Assembly (NCBI GenBank): GCA_947176505.1
Contig: CAMWQW010000006.1
Location: 1 to 64,000 of the forward strand
Reading direction: 5' to 3'
DNA length: 64,000 bases
Source: an uncultured Lachnospiraceae bacterium
GTDB taxonomy: Bacteria; Bacillota; Clostridia; Lachnospirales; Lachnospiraceae
Shown here: positions 1 to 9,488 of the stretch, one piece after another
How positions within the stretch are numbered: position 1 is the stretch's first letter
How the letters are laid out: each line of letters begins with the position of its first letter
Notes under the pieces: model-generated
What the model was told of the DNA's origin: nothing
Databases searched by the model: none
The model's input: the letters and a program-made list of their open reading frames with translations, nothing else
Program-made: the position numbers and the translations under genes

Positions 1-120
1 ATTTGACGTATCATTCGCCGGCGGAGTGGTGGTTGTCGTATTCCCTCCCGTTTGACTGCTATTTGACGTATCATTCGCCGGCGGAGTGGTGGTTGTCGTA
101 TTCCCTCCCGTTTGATTACT
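1..120 (-). repeat. 60-bp tandem direct repeat, 2 near-identical copies that may continue past the window edge, coding for 20-aa repeats in the hydrolase tail
   Basis: atttgacgtatcattcgccggcggagtggtggttgtcgtattccctcccgtttga(c/t)t(g/a)ct occurs at 1-60 and 61-120. Confidence 0.8.
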
Positions 121-2994
121 ATTTGTCGGGGCATTATTATTATTCCCGGGAATCGTTGTTGTCGCAGTACTTCCTGCACTGCCGACATCTACCCCACCGC
201 CCGCGGACGTGCTCCCGCCGCTTGTTGTACTGTTATTTGACGTATTACTATTCGACGTATTACTATTTGACGTACTGTTGCTTGACGTGCTTCCGTTACC
301 TGTTGTATTGCTGCTTGATGCATTTCCGTTGCTTGGTACATTTCCGCTGTTTGTCGTATTACTGTCTGTTATCTCCCCTGCTGATATACCGCCGTTTGTC
401 GATACGTTGCCGCCTGTTGTATTGCCACCCGTTGCCGTGCTTCCGCCGCTTGTATTGCCGCCCGTTGCCGTGCTTCCGCCGCCGCTTGTATTGCCGCCCG
501 TTGCCGTGCTTCCGCCGCCGCTTGTATTGCCACCCGTTGTCGTGCTTCCGCCGATTCCATTATCATCTTGTTCCTCGTCCGTCGATGCCTTGCCTGTCAC
601 TCGTACGATAATCGGGAGATGCTCGACTTTATAGTAATTTTTCTCATCAGGATCATAAGATACATAAAAAGTATGTTCTCCGGGTTCCTCCAGCTTAGTC
701 TCTACACTGCTCTCCCATGCAAAGCCGTTGGGAAGTGTAATTTCTCCCAGTACAGTACCAGCCTTCACCTCAAATCCTTCCGGCATCTTACAGACCGGAA
801 CAGCTTTCGTCACGGTAAACTCAATATTTCTCGTGATAGCATTATACCTTGTCGTATCGGCAGGTGTATATGATGCAGGATAGGAAAAAGTCCCCGCCTC
901 AATCAGCGTATCTCCCTTCACCCATGTCCATCCGTCAGGCAGTGCAAAATCAGACAGTTTCAGTCCATCACGATACGTTCCCGGCGACAGAACAGGCGTT
1001 TTCACATTAGGATTCGTCTTGATTACCGTTACCGTACAGGTCGCAGTATTGGCGCCGCTTCTGGTACAGCTTATGGTGGCAGTGCCCGGCGAAACCGCCG
1101 TAACCTTTCCCTTACTGTCCACGGTTGCCACCGATGTATTACTGCTTGTAAAAGTCATGTCGCTGACGTAATCCACTTTCGATCCGTTCACATAGGGAAC
1201 TAACGTCACAGTCTTATCCACTTCCAGACTGCTTACCGTCGTCTTGTCAAAAGTAATGGAATCCGTTATCTCCGGCTTCGAGCATGCAGATGCCGGCATA
1301 TTAAGATACACCGGTATCTTGAACGTAAAACTGTTCTCCAATGCTCCCGCATTACTATATGCTCTGCGTACATTGGATGCTTCGGAAGATGGCGCCTGTA
1401 TATTCTGCATATATTGATGCGTATAGTTGGCGTACTTGCCGTTGGACACATTAAACTTTTGCAGGTACAGTGTATCCTGCCCTTTCATTATATAGTTTTC
1501 GCCTATCACCGCCGCACCGCCATTCAGTGACTTATACCGTGTGTCCCATCCCATTGCGACTGCCTTCTTTAAGCCGTTTACGATTTCTTCTAAGTTTGTT
1601 TTACCGGCTGCACTTACATTGAAATAATTATAATATCCTTCATATCCCGCATAAGTACCGGATATAATGGGTGAAGTTCCCTTAGTTCCCTGTTCCTGCA
1701 GCACTCTGGAAGCAAGATGGAATGGACTGATATTCAATCGCTGCCCTATTTCCGTAAAAGCCTGCGCGTAAGTCCGGCTGTCACCCGGAATCGCAGAAGC
1801 CATAAAAGAACTCTTAATAACTTCCTGTACGGCAGTCGTTGTGTGGTAAGACTCATTATATGTCAACTGTTCAAACTGAAAAATAGAAGAATCATTCAAG
1901 AAATTTCTCGGATCCATATAATATTTCAGTATCCCCTCAGAAGCATAACTCCACCCCTGCCCGTACACACCATTCTGCCAAGAACCGGAAGATGATGAAT
2001 GAATAAGACTCTTGTCACCTTTCTCGTTTGCAATGGCAGTATTCCAGTCCACTCCTGTATCCATCCTTACGAAAATCCAATTCGGATGCTTGTCCTTCAA
2101 GGCATAGAGCGCGTTCTGATAAGACGCCGGAAACTGATCCACGTCCGGATATCCCGCTGATGCTGCCATCACCATAGGAATCGATGAAAAATCAAGATAA
2201 GCGTTTTCCCAATCGATAAACTCTTCATCGGAAGTCGCCAGATATTCCTTCTCTATATACCCGACATATTCTTTCGCATTCCGGTACAAAAGCACCTGAT
2301 ACCAGACAGCTCCATATTCGTCCAATTCCACATCCGTAATCTGTACCGACTGTCCACTCGTCACCGTGCAGACTGCCGTACCGCCGTCAGAAGGGCTTTG
2401 CTTTACTTCGTACTTATCGCATAAATAGACAAGCGCCAGAATCGTTTTCTTCCCTGATATACCCTGTAGAGCGCTCTTTGCCCCTTTCAAATCGCTGATA
2501 ATATCATTCGACGCCGGAACCTCCACCGTAATAGATGGTAACACTACACTGTCTGCCGCCGTATCTGCGACGCCGTACATTGTGTCATCCCATTTCGGAT
2601 AGAAAGTATAGGATTCGAACTGTGTGGCATCAAAATCTTCTTTACACTCCCATGTAACCTCAAGTTCACTAGGCGCTTCTGCTCCCTCTGTCCAAATCCA
2701 AATCGTTTCAGGAAAGACACTAAGCAATTCCTCCAGACTTGGCTTATACATACACGGGAAATAAGCATCTTCCTCTGCAAGCGCTTCAAATCCCGTGATA
2801 TACTGCACCTCGCCGGCGATATCACCGCTTCCGTTTTCCGATATTGTATCCTGCACAGACGTCTGTCCTTCCTGTGCAGCCTTCTGTCCCATTTCTACCG
2901 CCATAGCCATGCACGGCTGTATCAATCCCATGATTACCGCCATCATACAGCATAAATATTTGATATAGCGCCTTGTACGACTGTCGTTTTTCAT
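1..2994 (-). CDS. secreted peptidoglycan hydrolase: GH73-like N-acetylglucosaminidase region plus SH3b, two Big_2-like Ig repeats and a G/S/T/N-rich tandem-repeat tail. N-terminus complete; C-terminus runs off the left edge
   Basis: I translated the minus frame myself from ATG at about 2994 (MKNDSRTRRYIKYLCCMMAVIMGLIQPCMAMA, signal-peptide-like). It reads without stops to position 1 and is absent from the ORF track because no stop lies in the window. Segments: SH3b-like GTAVCTVTSGQSVQITDVELDEYGAVWYQVLLY; glucosaminidase-like FHLASRVLQEQGTKG...GYYNYFN; Big_2-like TVSSLEVDKTVTLVPYVNGSKVDY...ATISCTRSGANTATCTVTV; then GGNTSGGGSTAT and SSQTGGNTTTTTPPANDTSN repeats. RBS-like GGAAGTGAAAGGA upstream. 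Confidence 0.6.
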   Translation of the reverse strand, partial: MKNDSRTRRYIKYLCCMMAVIMGLIQPCMAMAVEMGQKAAQEGQTSVQDTISENGSGDIAGEVQYITGFEALAEEDAYFPCMYKPSLEELLSVFPETIWIWTEGAEAPSELEVTWECKEDFDATQFESYTFYPKWDDTMYGVADTAADSVVLPSITVEVPASNDIISDLKGAKSALQGISGKKTILALVYLCDKYEVKQSPSDGGTAVCTVTSGQSVQITDVELDEYGAVWYQVLLYRNAKEYVGYIEKEYLATSDEEFIDWENAYLDFSSIPMVMAASAGYPDVDQFPASYQNALYALKDKHPNWIFVRMDTGVDWNTAIANEKGDKSLIHSSSSGSWQNGVYGQGWSYASEGILKYYMDPRNFLNDSSIFQFEQLTYNESYHTTTAVQEVIKSSFMASAIPGDSRTYAQAFTEIGQRLNISPFHLASRVLQEQGTKGTSPIISGTYAGYEGYYNYFNVSAAGKTNLEEIVNGLKKAVAMGWDTRYKSLNGGAAVIGENYIMKGQDTLYLQKFNVSNGKYANYTHQYMQNIQAPSSEASNVRRAYSNAGALENSFTFKIPVYLNMPASACSKPEITDSITFDKTTVSSLEVDKTVTLVPYVNGSKVDYVSDMTFTSSNTSVATVDSKGKVTAVSPGTATISCTRSGANTATCTVTVIKTNPNVKTPVLSPGTYRDGLKLSDFALPDGWTWVKGDTLIEAGTFSYPASYTPADTTRYNAITRNIEFTVTKAVPVCKMPEGFEVKAGTVLGEITLPNGFAWESSVETKLEEPGEHTFYVSYDPDEKNYYKVEHLPIIVRVTGKASTDEEQDDNGIGGSTTTGGNTSGGGSTATGGNTSGGGSTATGGNTSGGSTATGGNTTGGNVSTNGGISAGEITDSNTTNSGNVPSNGNASSSNTTGNGSTSSNSTSNSNTSNSNTSNNSTTSGGSTSAGGGVDVGSAGSTATTTIPGNNNNAPTNSNQTGGNTTTTTPPANDTSNSSQTGGNTTTTTPPANDTSN
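421..545 (-). repeat. about 39-bp imperfect tandem repeats (3-4 copies) coding for GGNTSGGGSTAT repeats in the hydrolase
   Basis: Reiterated gccgcccgttgccgtgcttccgccgc(cg)cttgtattgcc units. Confidence 0.7.
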
Positions 2995-3160
2995 CCGTGT
3001 CTAAAATCCTTTCACTTCCGTATAGTTTCCATAATGACAACAATTCACCATATTATGTCAACATAATTAATGTAACATTACACATGAGATTATGTCAACT
3101 ACATCATGTAAAAATATTTTAGAGAAAAATCTTTTTCAAGAATAATTGACATCCGCATAG
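2995..3160 (-). promoter_or_regulatory. upstream regulatory region of the hydrolase gene; holds two direct copies of TTGACATAAT (minus strand) 37 bp apart, each a possible -35 TTGACA
   Basis: Plus-strand attatgtcaac at about 3052-3062 and 3089-3099. No clean -10 at 17 bp, so the promoter assignment is tentative. Confidence 0.3.
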
Positions 3161-3200
3161 AAAAAACACCATCACCTATATTTCTATAAGTAATGGTGTC
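3161..3200 (-). terminator. putative rho-independent terminator after tsf
   Basis: Inverted repeat acaccat/atggtgt followed on the minus strand by a T-run (plus aaaaaa 3161-3166). The loop is long, so confidence is moderate. Confidence 0.35.
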
Positions 3201-3253
3201 TGCTATTTCGTTTGCTTTGCTACTTAAAACAATCGTGCAAAAAACCTAATGAG

Positions 3254-4189
3254 TTACATTCCCATCTGCTTTGCTACTTCTTCTGCAAAGTTCTCTTCCT
3301 TCTTCTCAAGACCTTCACCTGTCTCAAAACGAACAAATTTCTTAATGGAAAGATTTGCACCGTTCTCCTTTGCAACCTGCTCAAGATATTTCGCAACGCT
3401 CTGTTTGCCGTCCTCTGCCTTTACATATACCTGCTCTAACAGACATACTTCTTTCAACTCTTTGTTCAGACGACCGTTTACTGCGCCCTCAATTACCTTC
3501 TCCGGTTTACCTGCCATCTTAGGATCGTTCTTAATCTGCTCAGCGATAATCTCTTTCTCGTGTGCCTTATACTCCTCAGATACTTCCTCTGTAGATACAT
3601 ACTTAGGATACAATGCTGCAACCTGCATAGCGATATTATTCAGCGCTTCTTTCACCGCATCGTTAACTACGTCTGTAGCCGCCTCTACGATAACACCGAT
3701 TCTTCCACCGCCATGTACATAAGATACTGCACAGCCATCGTTGGCAACAACCTTCTCAAATCTTCTAATCGTAAGATTCTCACCGATTACCGCAATCTTA
3801 TCAACCAGTGCATCTTTTACTGTCTTAGAAGAATCTAAATGCCAGCTTTCTGCAAGGAAGGCATCCATATCTGCCGCTTCAGACTCCACTGCCTGTTTTG
3901 CAACCGCCTCCACATATGCCTGAAAATCAGCATTCTTAGCAACAAAATCTGTCTCGGAGTTAACTTCTACTACCGCTACTGTCTTGTCGTCTTTCACTGC
4001 TACACGGCATAGACCTTCCGCTGCAATTCTGCCGGCTTTCTTCTCTGCCTTCGCCTGTCCGTTCTTTCTCAAATATTCAACCGCTGCATCCATATCGCCA
4101 TCGGTCTCACCGAGAGCTTTCTTGCAATCCATCATACCTGCACCGGTCATTTCTCTTAACTCTTTTACCATTGCTGCTGTAATAGCCAT
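3254..4189 (-). CDS. tsf: elongation factor Ts
   Basis: 311 aa. MAITAAMVKELREMTGAGMMDCKKALGETDGDMDAAVEYLRKNG is a canonical EF-Ts N-terminus; AGGAGG RBS; lies downstream of rpsB as in most bacteria. Confidence 0.95.
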   Translation of the reverse strand: MAITAAMVKELREMTGAGMMDCKKALGETDGDMDAAVEYLRKNGQAKAEKKAGRIAAEGLCRVAVKDDKTVAVVEVNSETDFVAKNADFQAYVEAVAKQAVESEAADMDAFLAESWHLDSSKTVKDALVDKIAVIGENLTIRRFEKVVANDGCAVSYVHGGGRIGVIVEAATDVVNDAVKEALNNIAMQVAALYPKYVSTEEVSEEYKAHEKEIIAEQIKNDPKMAGKPEKVIEGAVNGRLNKELKEVCLLEQVYVKAEDGKQSVAKYLEQVAKENGANLSIKKFVRFETGEGLEKKEENFAEEVAKQMGM

Positions 4190-4276
4190 CTATCTTTCCT
4201 CCTGAATCATTCTAGTTTACCGTACTATCAATCCACCCATCGCTCTACACACGTTGACGCAGGCGCGGATATCAAA

Positions 4277-5023
4277 TTATTCGTTGACTTCGTCTGTCTC
4301 TGCAATTTTCTCAGCTTCAGCTTCCTCTACATATTCCTCAGCTCCCTGATTAGCTTCAATAACTGCATCTGCCATTTTGGCAACGATTAACTTAACGGCT
4401 CTGATCGCATCATCATTACCGGGAATGATATAATCCAGTTCTTCAGGATCGCAGTTTGTATCGCCGATACCGATCAGTGTAATACCAAGTGTATGCGCTT
4501 CTTGAACGCAGATTCTTTCTTTCTTAGGATCAACTACGAAAATACAATCCGGAATTCTTGTCATGTTCTTGATTCCGCCCAAGTTCTTCTCTAACTTTTC
4601 CCATTCTTTCTTAATCTGGATAACTTCTTTCTTAGGAAGCACATCGAATGTACCATCCTCTGACATTGTCTCTATCGCTTTCAGTCTGTCGATTCTGGAC
4701 TGAATCGTCTTGAAATTAGTGAGCATACCGCCCAGCCATCTCTCATTAACATAGTACATACCGCAGCGCTCTGCCTCTGTCTTAACAGCATCCTGCGCCT
4801 GTTTCTTCGTGCCGACAAACAGAATTGTTCCACCCTGTGATGCCACGTCAAATACTGCCTTGTAAGCCTCGTCAACCTTACCTACGGATTTCTGCAGGTC
4901 GATGATGTGGATACCGTTTCTTTCTGTAAAGATGTACGGAGCCATCTTAGGATTCCATCTTCTTGTCTGATGTCCAAAATGAACACCTGCTTCTAATAAC
5001 TGTTTCATTGAAATAACGCTCAT
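4277..5023 (-). CDS. rpsB: 30S ribosomal protein S2
   Basis: [32 protein letters not shown] is a canonical S2 N-terminus. The track ORF starts at a GTG 23 codons upstream (5092). I moved the start to the ATG preceded by GGAGGTAGAG, computed as 5092 minus 69. Confidence 0.93.
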   Translation of the reverse strand: MSVISMKQLLEAGVHFGHQTRRWNPKMAPYIFTERNGIHIIDLQKSVGKVDEAYKAVFDVASQGGTILFVGTKKQAQDAVKTEAERCGMYYVNERWLGGMLTNFKTIQSRIDRLKAIETMSEDGTFDVLPKKEVIQIKKEWEKLEKNLGGIKNMTRIPDCIFVVDPKKERICVQEAHTLGITLIGIGDTNCDPEELDYIIPGNDDAIRAVKLIVAKMADAVIEANQGAEEYVEEAEAEKIAETDEVNE

Positions 5024-5242
5024 GTCTCTACCTCCATTTGGTTGTTCTTCCATATGCCATGACCATGCTGCCACTTCCGCGCCTAGAAGCACCGGCAGTT
5101 ACAGGTGTACGCATACTCAAGATGCGACTACACTGACATATGTGATTACTTGGTTAATCATTTATGCTGTCTGCGGGCGTTACGGTTCAGCATATAATCT
5201 TCAACATAACACCAATGCACACACACTTAAATAGAATAGCAC

Positions 5243-5267
5243 AAAAAAACCCCTTTTGCAAGGGGTT
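5243..5267 (-). terminator. rho-independent terminator downstream of the 5277-6044 gene, upstream of the rpsB leader
   Basis: aacccctt-ttgc-aaggggtt hairpin followed on the minus strand by a U7 tract (plus aaaaaaa 5243-5249). Confidence 0.7.
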
Positions 5268-5276
5268 AATACATCT

Positions 5277-6044
5277 TTACTCCGCTCCTGTCACAATCCG
5301 GGCAATCTGCTCATCACTGGCATCTGCCGGAATCGAAAAAGTTCCCGTTCGCAGCCGTTTATCATAGCCATTCTGACAAAGAAACGTATCAAATGTCTCC
5401 GCCGAAGTTACTACGCCTACATCAGCCAGTTTTCTTGCCACCGTATAGGAACCGTCGCCGCTGTTAACTGTAATTGTCTTAACTGCCGCAGATGTGATAA
5501 TCTCGTTGGGATTCTCTTTCGGTTTATCATTCTCACGTTCTTGTTGTGTTGAACTTGGTTTTTCGTCATTCCTAACACTTGTTATATTTTCCGTATTCCC
5601 ATCATTCGCATCTGCTTCCTCATCTGTGTCTGTCGCCGTATCTGCATCTGTCTCCGTTTTATCCGTTCCCTCACCTGCTGCGGTATTCATATCCGCCTTT
5701 TCTTCAGTTTCGTTATCTGAATCCTCTCCGGTGTCTGCATCTACGTCCGTCTCGGTATCCTGCGCACCGTCCTCCGCCGTTTTTACCGATGGGTTTTGTT
5801 TCGTTTCTTCCGCATTTGATTGTTCGGCATCCTGCCTGCTTGTGCTGTCATCATCTGTGTTTTCTGCGGCGCTCTCGTCACCCGTGTCCGATAGAACCGT
5901 ATTCTCAACCATACCCAGTTCTTTTGCTCTGGCTATAATCTCTTCATCCGTCATGGTCTTATTTCCCGACAACGCTACACCCATAATAATTGCCGTCATC
6001 GCTATCCCAAGTCCAAGCCCGCGCAAATAATATTTCCGTTCCAT
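5277..6044 (-). CDS. membrane-anchored protein with a highly acidic D/E/T-rich linker and a C-terminal YceG/MltG-N-terminal-like domain
   Basis: 255 aa with an N-terminal TM (LGLGIAMTAIIMGVALSG). The C-terminus VKTITVNSGDGSYTVARKLADVGVVTSAETFDTFLCQNGYDKRLRTGTFSIP resembles the small N-terminal domain of YceG/MltG. Confidence 0.5.
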   Translation of the reverse strand: MERKYYLRGLGLGIAMTAIIMGVALSGNKTMTDEEIIARAKELGMVENTVLSDTGDESAAENTDDDSTSRQDAEQSNAEETKQNPSVKTAEDGAQDTETDVDADTGEDSDNETEEKADMNTAAGEGTDKTETDADTATDTDEEADANDGNTENITSVRNDEKPSSTQQERENDKPKENPNEIITSAAVKTITVNSGDGSYTVARKLADVGVVTSAETFDTFLCQNGYDKRLRTGTFSIPADASDEQIARIVTGAE

Positions 6045-6079
6045 GCATTATCACCTTTTTATATAATCATTTTAACCTG

Positions 6080-7441
6080 TTACATTCCTTCAAACAGATC
6101 AATGACCAACTTCACCTCACCAAGTCCCAATCCAAGCTCCTTGGCTATAGCCATGTTAGATTTACCTGCTTTGTGCAGCTCCAAAATCCTTTCGTTGCTA
6201 TTACGTCCGTTATCTTTTCCTTGGGCAAATCGTATATCTACAGCAGAAACGCCCTCTTGCGTCCGTTCTCTTCTGGAACTTTTTCTTGATCTGGTCTTCT
6301 TGCCCGGTACTTCCGGTGTCTCCGGCTTCGGTGCAAAGATTCCCATACTGGCAAATGCTGCACTGGTGGACATATCTTCTGCATTATCCGCCACATAATC
6401 GCCGTCCGGCTGATGGATTATCTCCACTCGTCTGGGCGAAATCGGTTTAAATTCCGCCGGCTCCTCCGGCTCAGAGGACGCCGCATGCACTATATTCCCA
6501 CTAAACCTTCTGGGTGGCACCGGTTCATCATACACTCTCCTATCAAGTGTATCCTCCTCAATCGGTTCTTCGTCGTATTCCTCTTCGTCATATACATCCG
6601 GTTCCGACATATCTTCTGCCAAAACACCTTGCTGCGGCACTCCTGTCACCCATTCGTCTGTCCGAGAAGCATCTTCTGAAAATGTATCCGTCTCCGGTAT
6701 GTCTGTCGCCCCTTCGTATGAATCGTCTACCTGTCTCCCGCCATAATACACTTCTTCCGGCTCCTTGACTACTGCCATATCCTCTTTCCGAGCAGGCTTG
6801 TGTGTCACTTCAGCAGGTTCCTCTCTGGATGGTCTTACACTATGAAGCGCCATAATATCGTTCTTGGCATTCTCCACTGCACGGATAACGGTATGCATAG
6901 CCTTGTCTGCCGCTCTTTGTACCTGTATGGCAGCATTTTCCGCATCTTTAGCCGTCTCTTCCGCATCATCAATAGCCTGCAGCACAGCCTCCAGCTTGTC
7001 CGACGCTTCCCCCGCTGTAATCTCCGCATCTTTCACCGTCTGTTTCATTCCGTCTGATGCCATTGTCGCTTCGTTGATTGCAGACATCAGATTGTCATGC
7101 TTGTCATTAAGCATATCATACAGGAATACGACTTCCTTATGATTCTTGTTAATTTCTTCCAGCACGGTATCGGAATATTCATTGACAGCCATAATCTTCT
7201 CATTCGTCACACGCTCCATTGCGCGTTCCGCTTTCTCAATCGAATAGTCGACCGTTTCATCTACGATATCTGAAATCCTCTCCTTAACATGCTCCACTTC
7301 ACCGGCAATCAGTTTACGGACTTCATCTTCGCTGATCAATTGAACTTCTTCATCTAAGTCTTTCTTTCTGGCTGGCATCAGATACCCTAACAGGAACACT
7401 GCCACCCCGATCACAATCAGAATAATCTCTGTTGCACTCAT
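6080..7441 (-). CDS. membrane-anchored coiled-coil protein with an acidic low-complexity middle and a C-terminal helix-turn-helix
   Basis: 453 aa. N-terminal TM IILIVIGVAVFLLGYL, a long A/E/D-rich coiled region, C-terminal RILELHKAGKSNMAIAKELGLGLGEVKLVIDLF resembling sigma region 4 or a resolvase-type HTH. ATG start confirmed. Confidence 0.5.
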   Translation of the reverse strand: MSATEIILIVIGVAVFLLGYLMPARKKDLDEEVQLISEDEVRKLIAGEVEHVKERISDIVDETVDYSIEKAERAMERVTNEKIMAVNEYSDTVLEEINKNHKEVVFLYDMLNDKHDNLMSAINEATMASDGMKQTVKDAEITAGEASDKLEAVLQAIDDAEETAKDAENAAIQVQRAADKAMHTVIRAVENAKNDIMALHSVRPSREEPAEVTHKPARKEDMAVVKEPEEVYYGGRQVDDSYEGATDIPETDTFSEDASRTDEWVTGVPQQGVLAEDMSEPDVYDEEEYDEEPIEEDTLDRRVYDEPVPPRRFSGNIVHAASSEPEEPAEFKPISPRRVEIIHQPDGDYVADNAEDMSTSAAFASMGIFAPKPETPEVPGKKTRSRKSSRRERTQEGVSAVDIRFAQGKDNGRNSNERILELHKAGKSNMAIAKELGLGLGEVKLVIDLFEGM

Positions 7442-7475
7442 TTTATATCCATTCCCTTCTATGCTCTATGGCATC

Positions 7476-7796
7476 TCAAACAGAAAAATCAATCTTCTCT
7501 GCCTTTTTCATGAGTACTTTGCCATCAGGATTTTCACCCTTTTTTTTCTTTCTCGCCTGACCGCCATCTCCATGGTACTCATTGCTTCCCTTATCCTTGG
7601 CGTCAAACTTACGTTCATGGTACTCCGGCTGATTCCCCTTATTCACCCTGTTGACCTGACGTTCCACCTGTTTTGTCATCTGCTGACCGGCATTCGCCTG
7701 CTCGACCATACCTTTCGCATCTTCGTTATGTTTGATTGTCGTGAAATCTTGGGCTCTTGTAATCTGTCCCTGCATTTCTACAAATCCTATTGCCAT
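7476..7796 (-). CDS. small basic hypothetical protein
   Basis: 106 aa, ATG with RBS AGGGGAGG upstream, K/Q/N-rich with no recognisable motif. Sits between the FapA-like gene and the HTH membrane protein. Confidence 0.4.
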   Translation of the reverse strand: MAIGFVEMQGQITRAQDFTTIKHNEDAKGMVEQANAGQQMTKQVERQVNRVNKGNQPEYHERKFDAKDKGSNEYHGDGGQARKKKKGENPDGKVLMKKAEKIDFSV

Positions 7797-7888
7797 CTGA
7801 ACCCGCCTCCCCTATATAACTGATTTTCACATATGACTTTTCTTATATTTCTAATTATTTTATACAAATCATGTCTATTTTATCACTA

Positions 7889-9478
7889 CTAAAAAGGTGC
7901 CATCTTTACATCTCCGCGCTCTCGCACGAAACGGCAGTAATGCGCATTCTTTTGGACTACCATGGAAACATCTCCGATACAAATCTTCGTTCCCGGATAG
8001 ACCATTCCTTTCACTTTAACTTGTGCCTGCGCAATGTCGCCCGTCTGGTCCGTCAACACTCTTAATTCCGACTCATTTTCCCTAATTGCCTCACTTTTCT
8101 GCTGATTGGCAATCGTCAAAGCATGTATATGCTTAAGTTGATCCTGACTCAATTTAATGCCTTGCGTAATTTTCTGTTTTGCCGCAATCAGTACCGGCTG
8201 AATCGTCTGCAATGTCTTTGTATCCTCATCAATCAATTTCTGTAACTGAGCAATACGGTTCTTTATCGTAGGATCTGCGCCCACTTCCACAATAGTGTCC
8301 GCCCCCATCTCTGATCCGAGCGTCTTAACATTAATAGCATTTGCAGCGCATACTCTGCCTCCGGTAATAAATCCTCTCCTCCCGTCCACGTTTATCTCCG
8401 TGCCGGCAGTAATCTTGCTGTGCAATATAGACTCAGACGCGATATATCCATCCGCCTGCGCAGTAGAATTCTCAAGGAACTTAGCCACAATATTGCCTTT
8501 CGCCGTCAAGCTGCCCTTCCCCTTGCCGTTCATACCTCTTGCAATAATAATATTACCGCTCGACTGCAAAACGGCGCCTTCTACAACGCCCTTGACCACG
8601 ATGTCACCCTGTGCTTTCACCGTAAAATTCGTGGACACATTACCGTTAACCTGAACGCTTCCTTCATAGTCGATATCTCCTGTGGAATTGTCCACATTCT
8701 CCACTATGAGCATATCCGATACAAATACTTCCTCATCTATCAATTCCACATGTCCGTCTACCAGCGAAGTAAGCGTCATGCCGTCTTCTGACAGTTCAAT
8801 ATTATTACCGAATTTTAATTTCGCTGTCTTTACATCCGCAGGTTTTATATGCGTACCAAAAACATCCTCTCCTGCCACACCTGCTTCTTCTTTGTGTAGA
8901 ATTGCTAGAATATCTCCCTTGCTGCAATGATTAAGTATATTTAAATTGAAGAAATCCACACTACCGTCTTCCTTTAATGTGGGTTTAGCTTTCTTGTCCG
9001 TATTAAATTTATATTCTATAAAAGCATCTTTTCCACGTGTAGGCTGTGTACCTTCCGCAAGAAGGATGTCCTCACAGTATTTTCTACTCTGTATAAACTG
9101 TGCAATGACATCCTTTTTAATGCCGGATTTTACGCCTTTAGACTCCAGCTCACGCAATATTTCCCCTGCGCTGATTTTCTCGCCGCCCTCGGATGCCGCA
9201 TAGAATCTTGCATATACTTGCATTTTATCCGGTGTAATGGTCAATTTACAGCACTCACGTTCAGGCGTTCTCTTACCCTGTGCCAATGCAAAGACAACTT
9301 CTTTATCCGATGCCGCATCCACTGCGCGCTTCAAATCCGGAAGGTCACAGGAGTAGCCCTTCATAGTCATATACTCGATGATATCATTTATATCAATCGG
9401 TTTATCATTTCCCGCCGGTGGAATCAATTTGAGACTGGTTCGATTCGCCTCATGTATGAGTCTAAAATATCCATTCAT
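7889..9478 (-). CDS. FapA-like (DUF342) flagellar assembly protein A family
   Basis: 529 aa immediately downstream of sigD. Central beta-helix-like G-rich repeats (VKAQGDIVVKGVVEGAVLQSSGNIIIARGMNGKGKGSLTAKGNIVAKF...) and a C-terminal coiled coil, as in FapA proteins that follow fliA in Clostridia. Confidence 0.65.
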   Translation of the reverse strand: MNGYFRLIHEANRTSLKLIPPAGNDKPIDINDIIEYMTMKGYSCDLPDLKRAVDAASDKEVVFALAQGKRTPERECCKLTITPDKMQVYARFYAASEGGEKISAGEILRELESKGVKSGIKKDVIAQFIQSRKYCEDILLAEGTQPTRGKDAFIEYKFNTDKKAKPTLKEDGSVDFFNLNILNHCSKGDILAILHKEEAGVAGEDVFGTHIKPADVKTAKLKFGNNIELSEDGMTLTSLVDGHVELIDEEVFVSDMLIVENVDNSTGDIDYEGSVQVNGNVSTNFTVKAQGDIVVKGVVEGAVLQSSGNIIIARGMNGKGKGSLTAKGNIVAKFLENSTAQADGYIASESILHSKITAGTEINVDGRRGFITGGRVCAANAINVKTLGSEMGADTIVEVGADPTIKNRIAQLQKLIDEDTKTLQTIQPVLIAAKQKITQGIKLSQDQLKHIHALTIANQQKSEAIRENESELRVLTDQTGDIAQAQVKVKGMVYPGTKICIGDVSMVVQKNAHYCRFVRERGDVKMAPF

Positions 9479-9488
9479 AAAACACCCG

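Noticed and set aside
3-634. Plus-strand ORFs 3-611 and 209-634 with Y/L/P-rich repeats
   Set aside because: They are reverse-frame mirrors of the repeat DNA inside the minus-strand hydrolase gene. There is no RBS, and all real genes here are on the minus strand.
2544-3043. Minus-strand ORFs 2544-2825 and 2822-3043
   Set aside because: These are alternative frames inside the long hydrolase ORF. The 2994-to-1 frame gives a coherent multi-domain protein.
5494-6030. 178-aa S/V-rich plus-strand ORF
   Set aside because: It is antisense to the acidic linker of the 5277-6044 gene and is a low-complexity mirror artefact.
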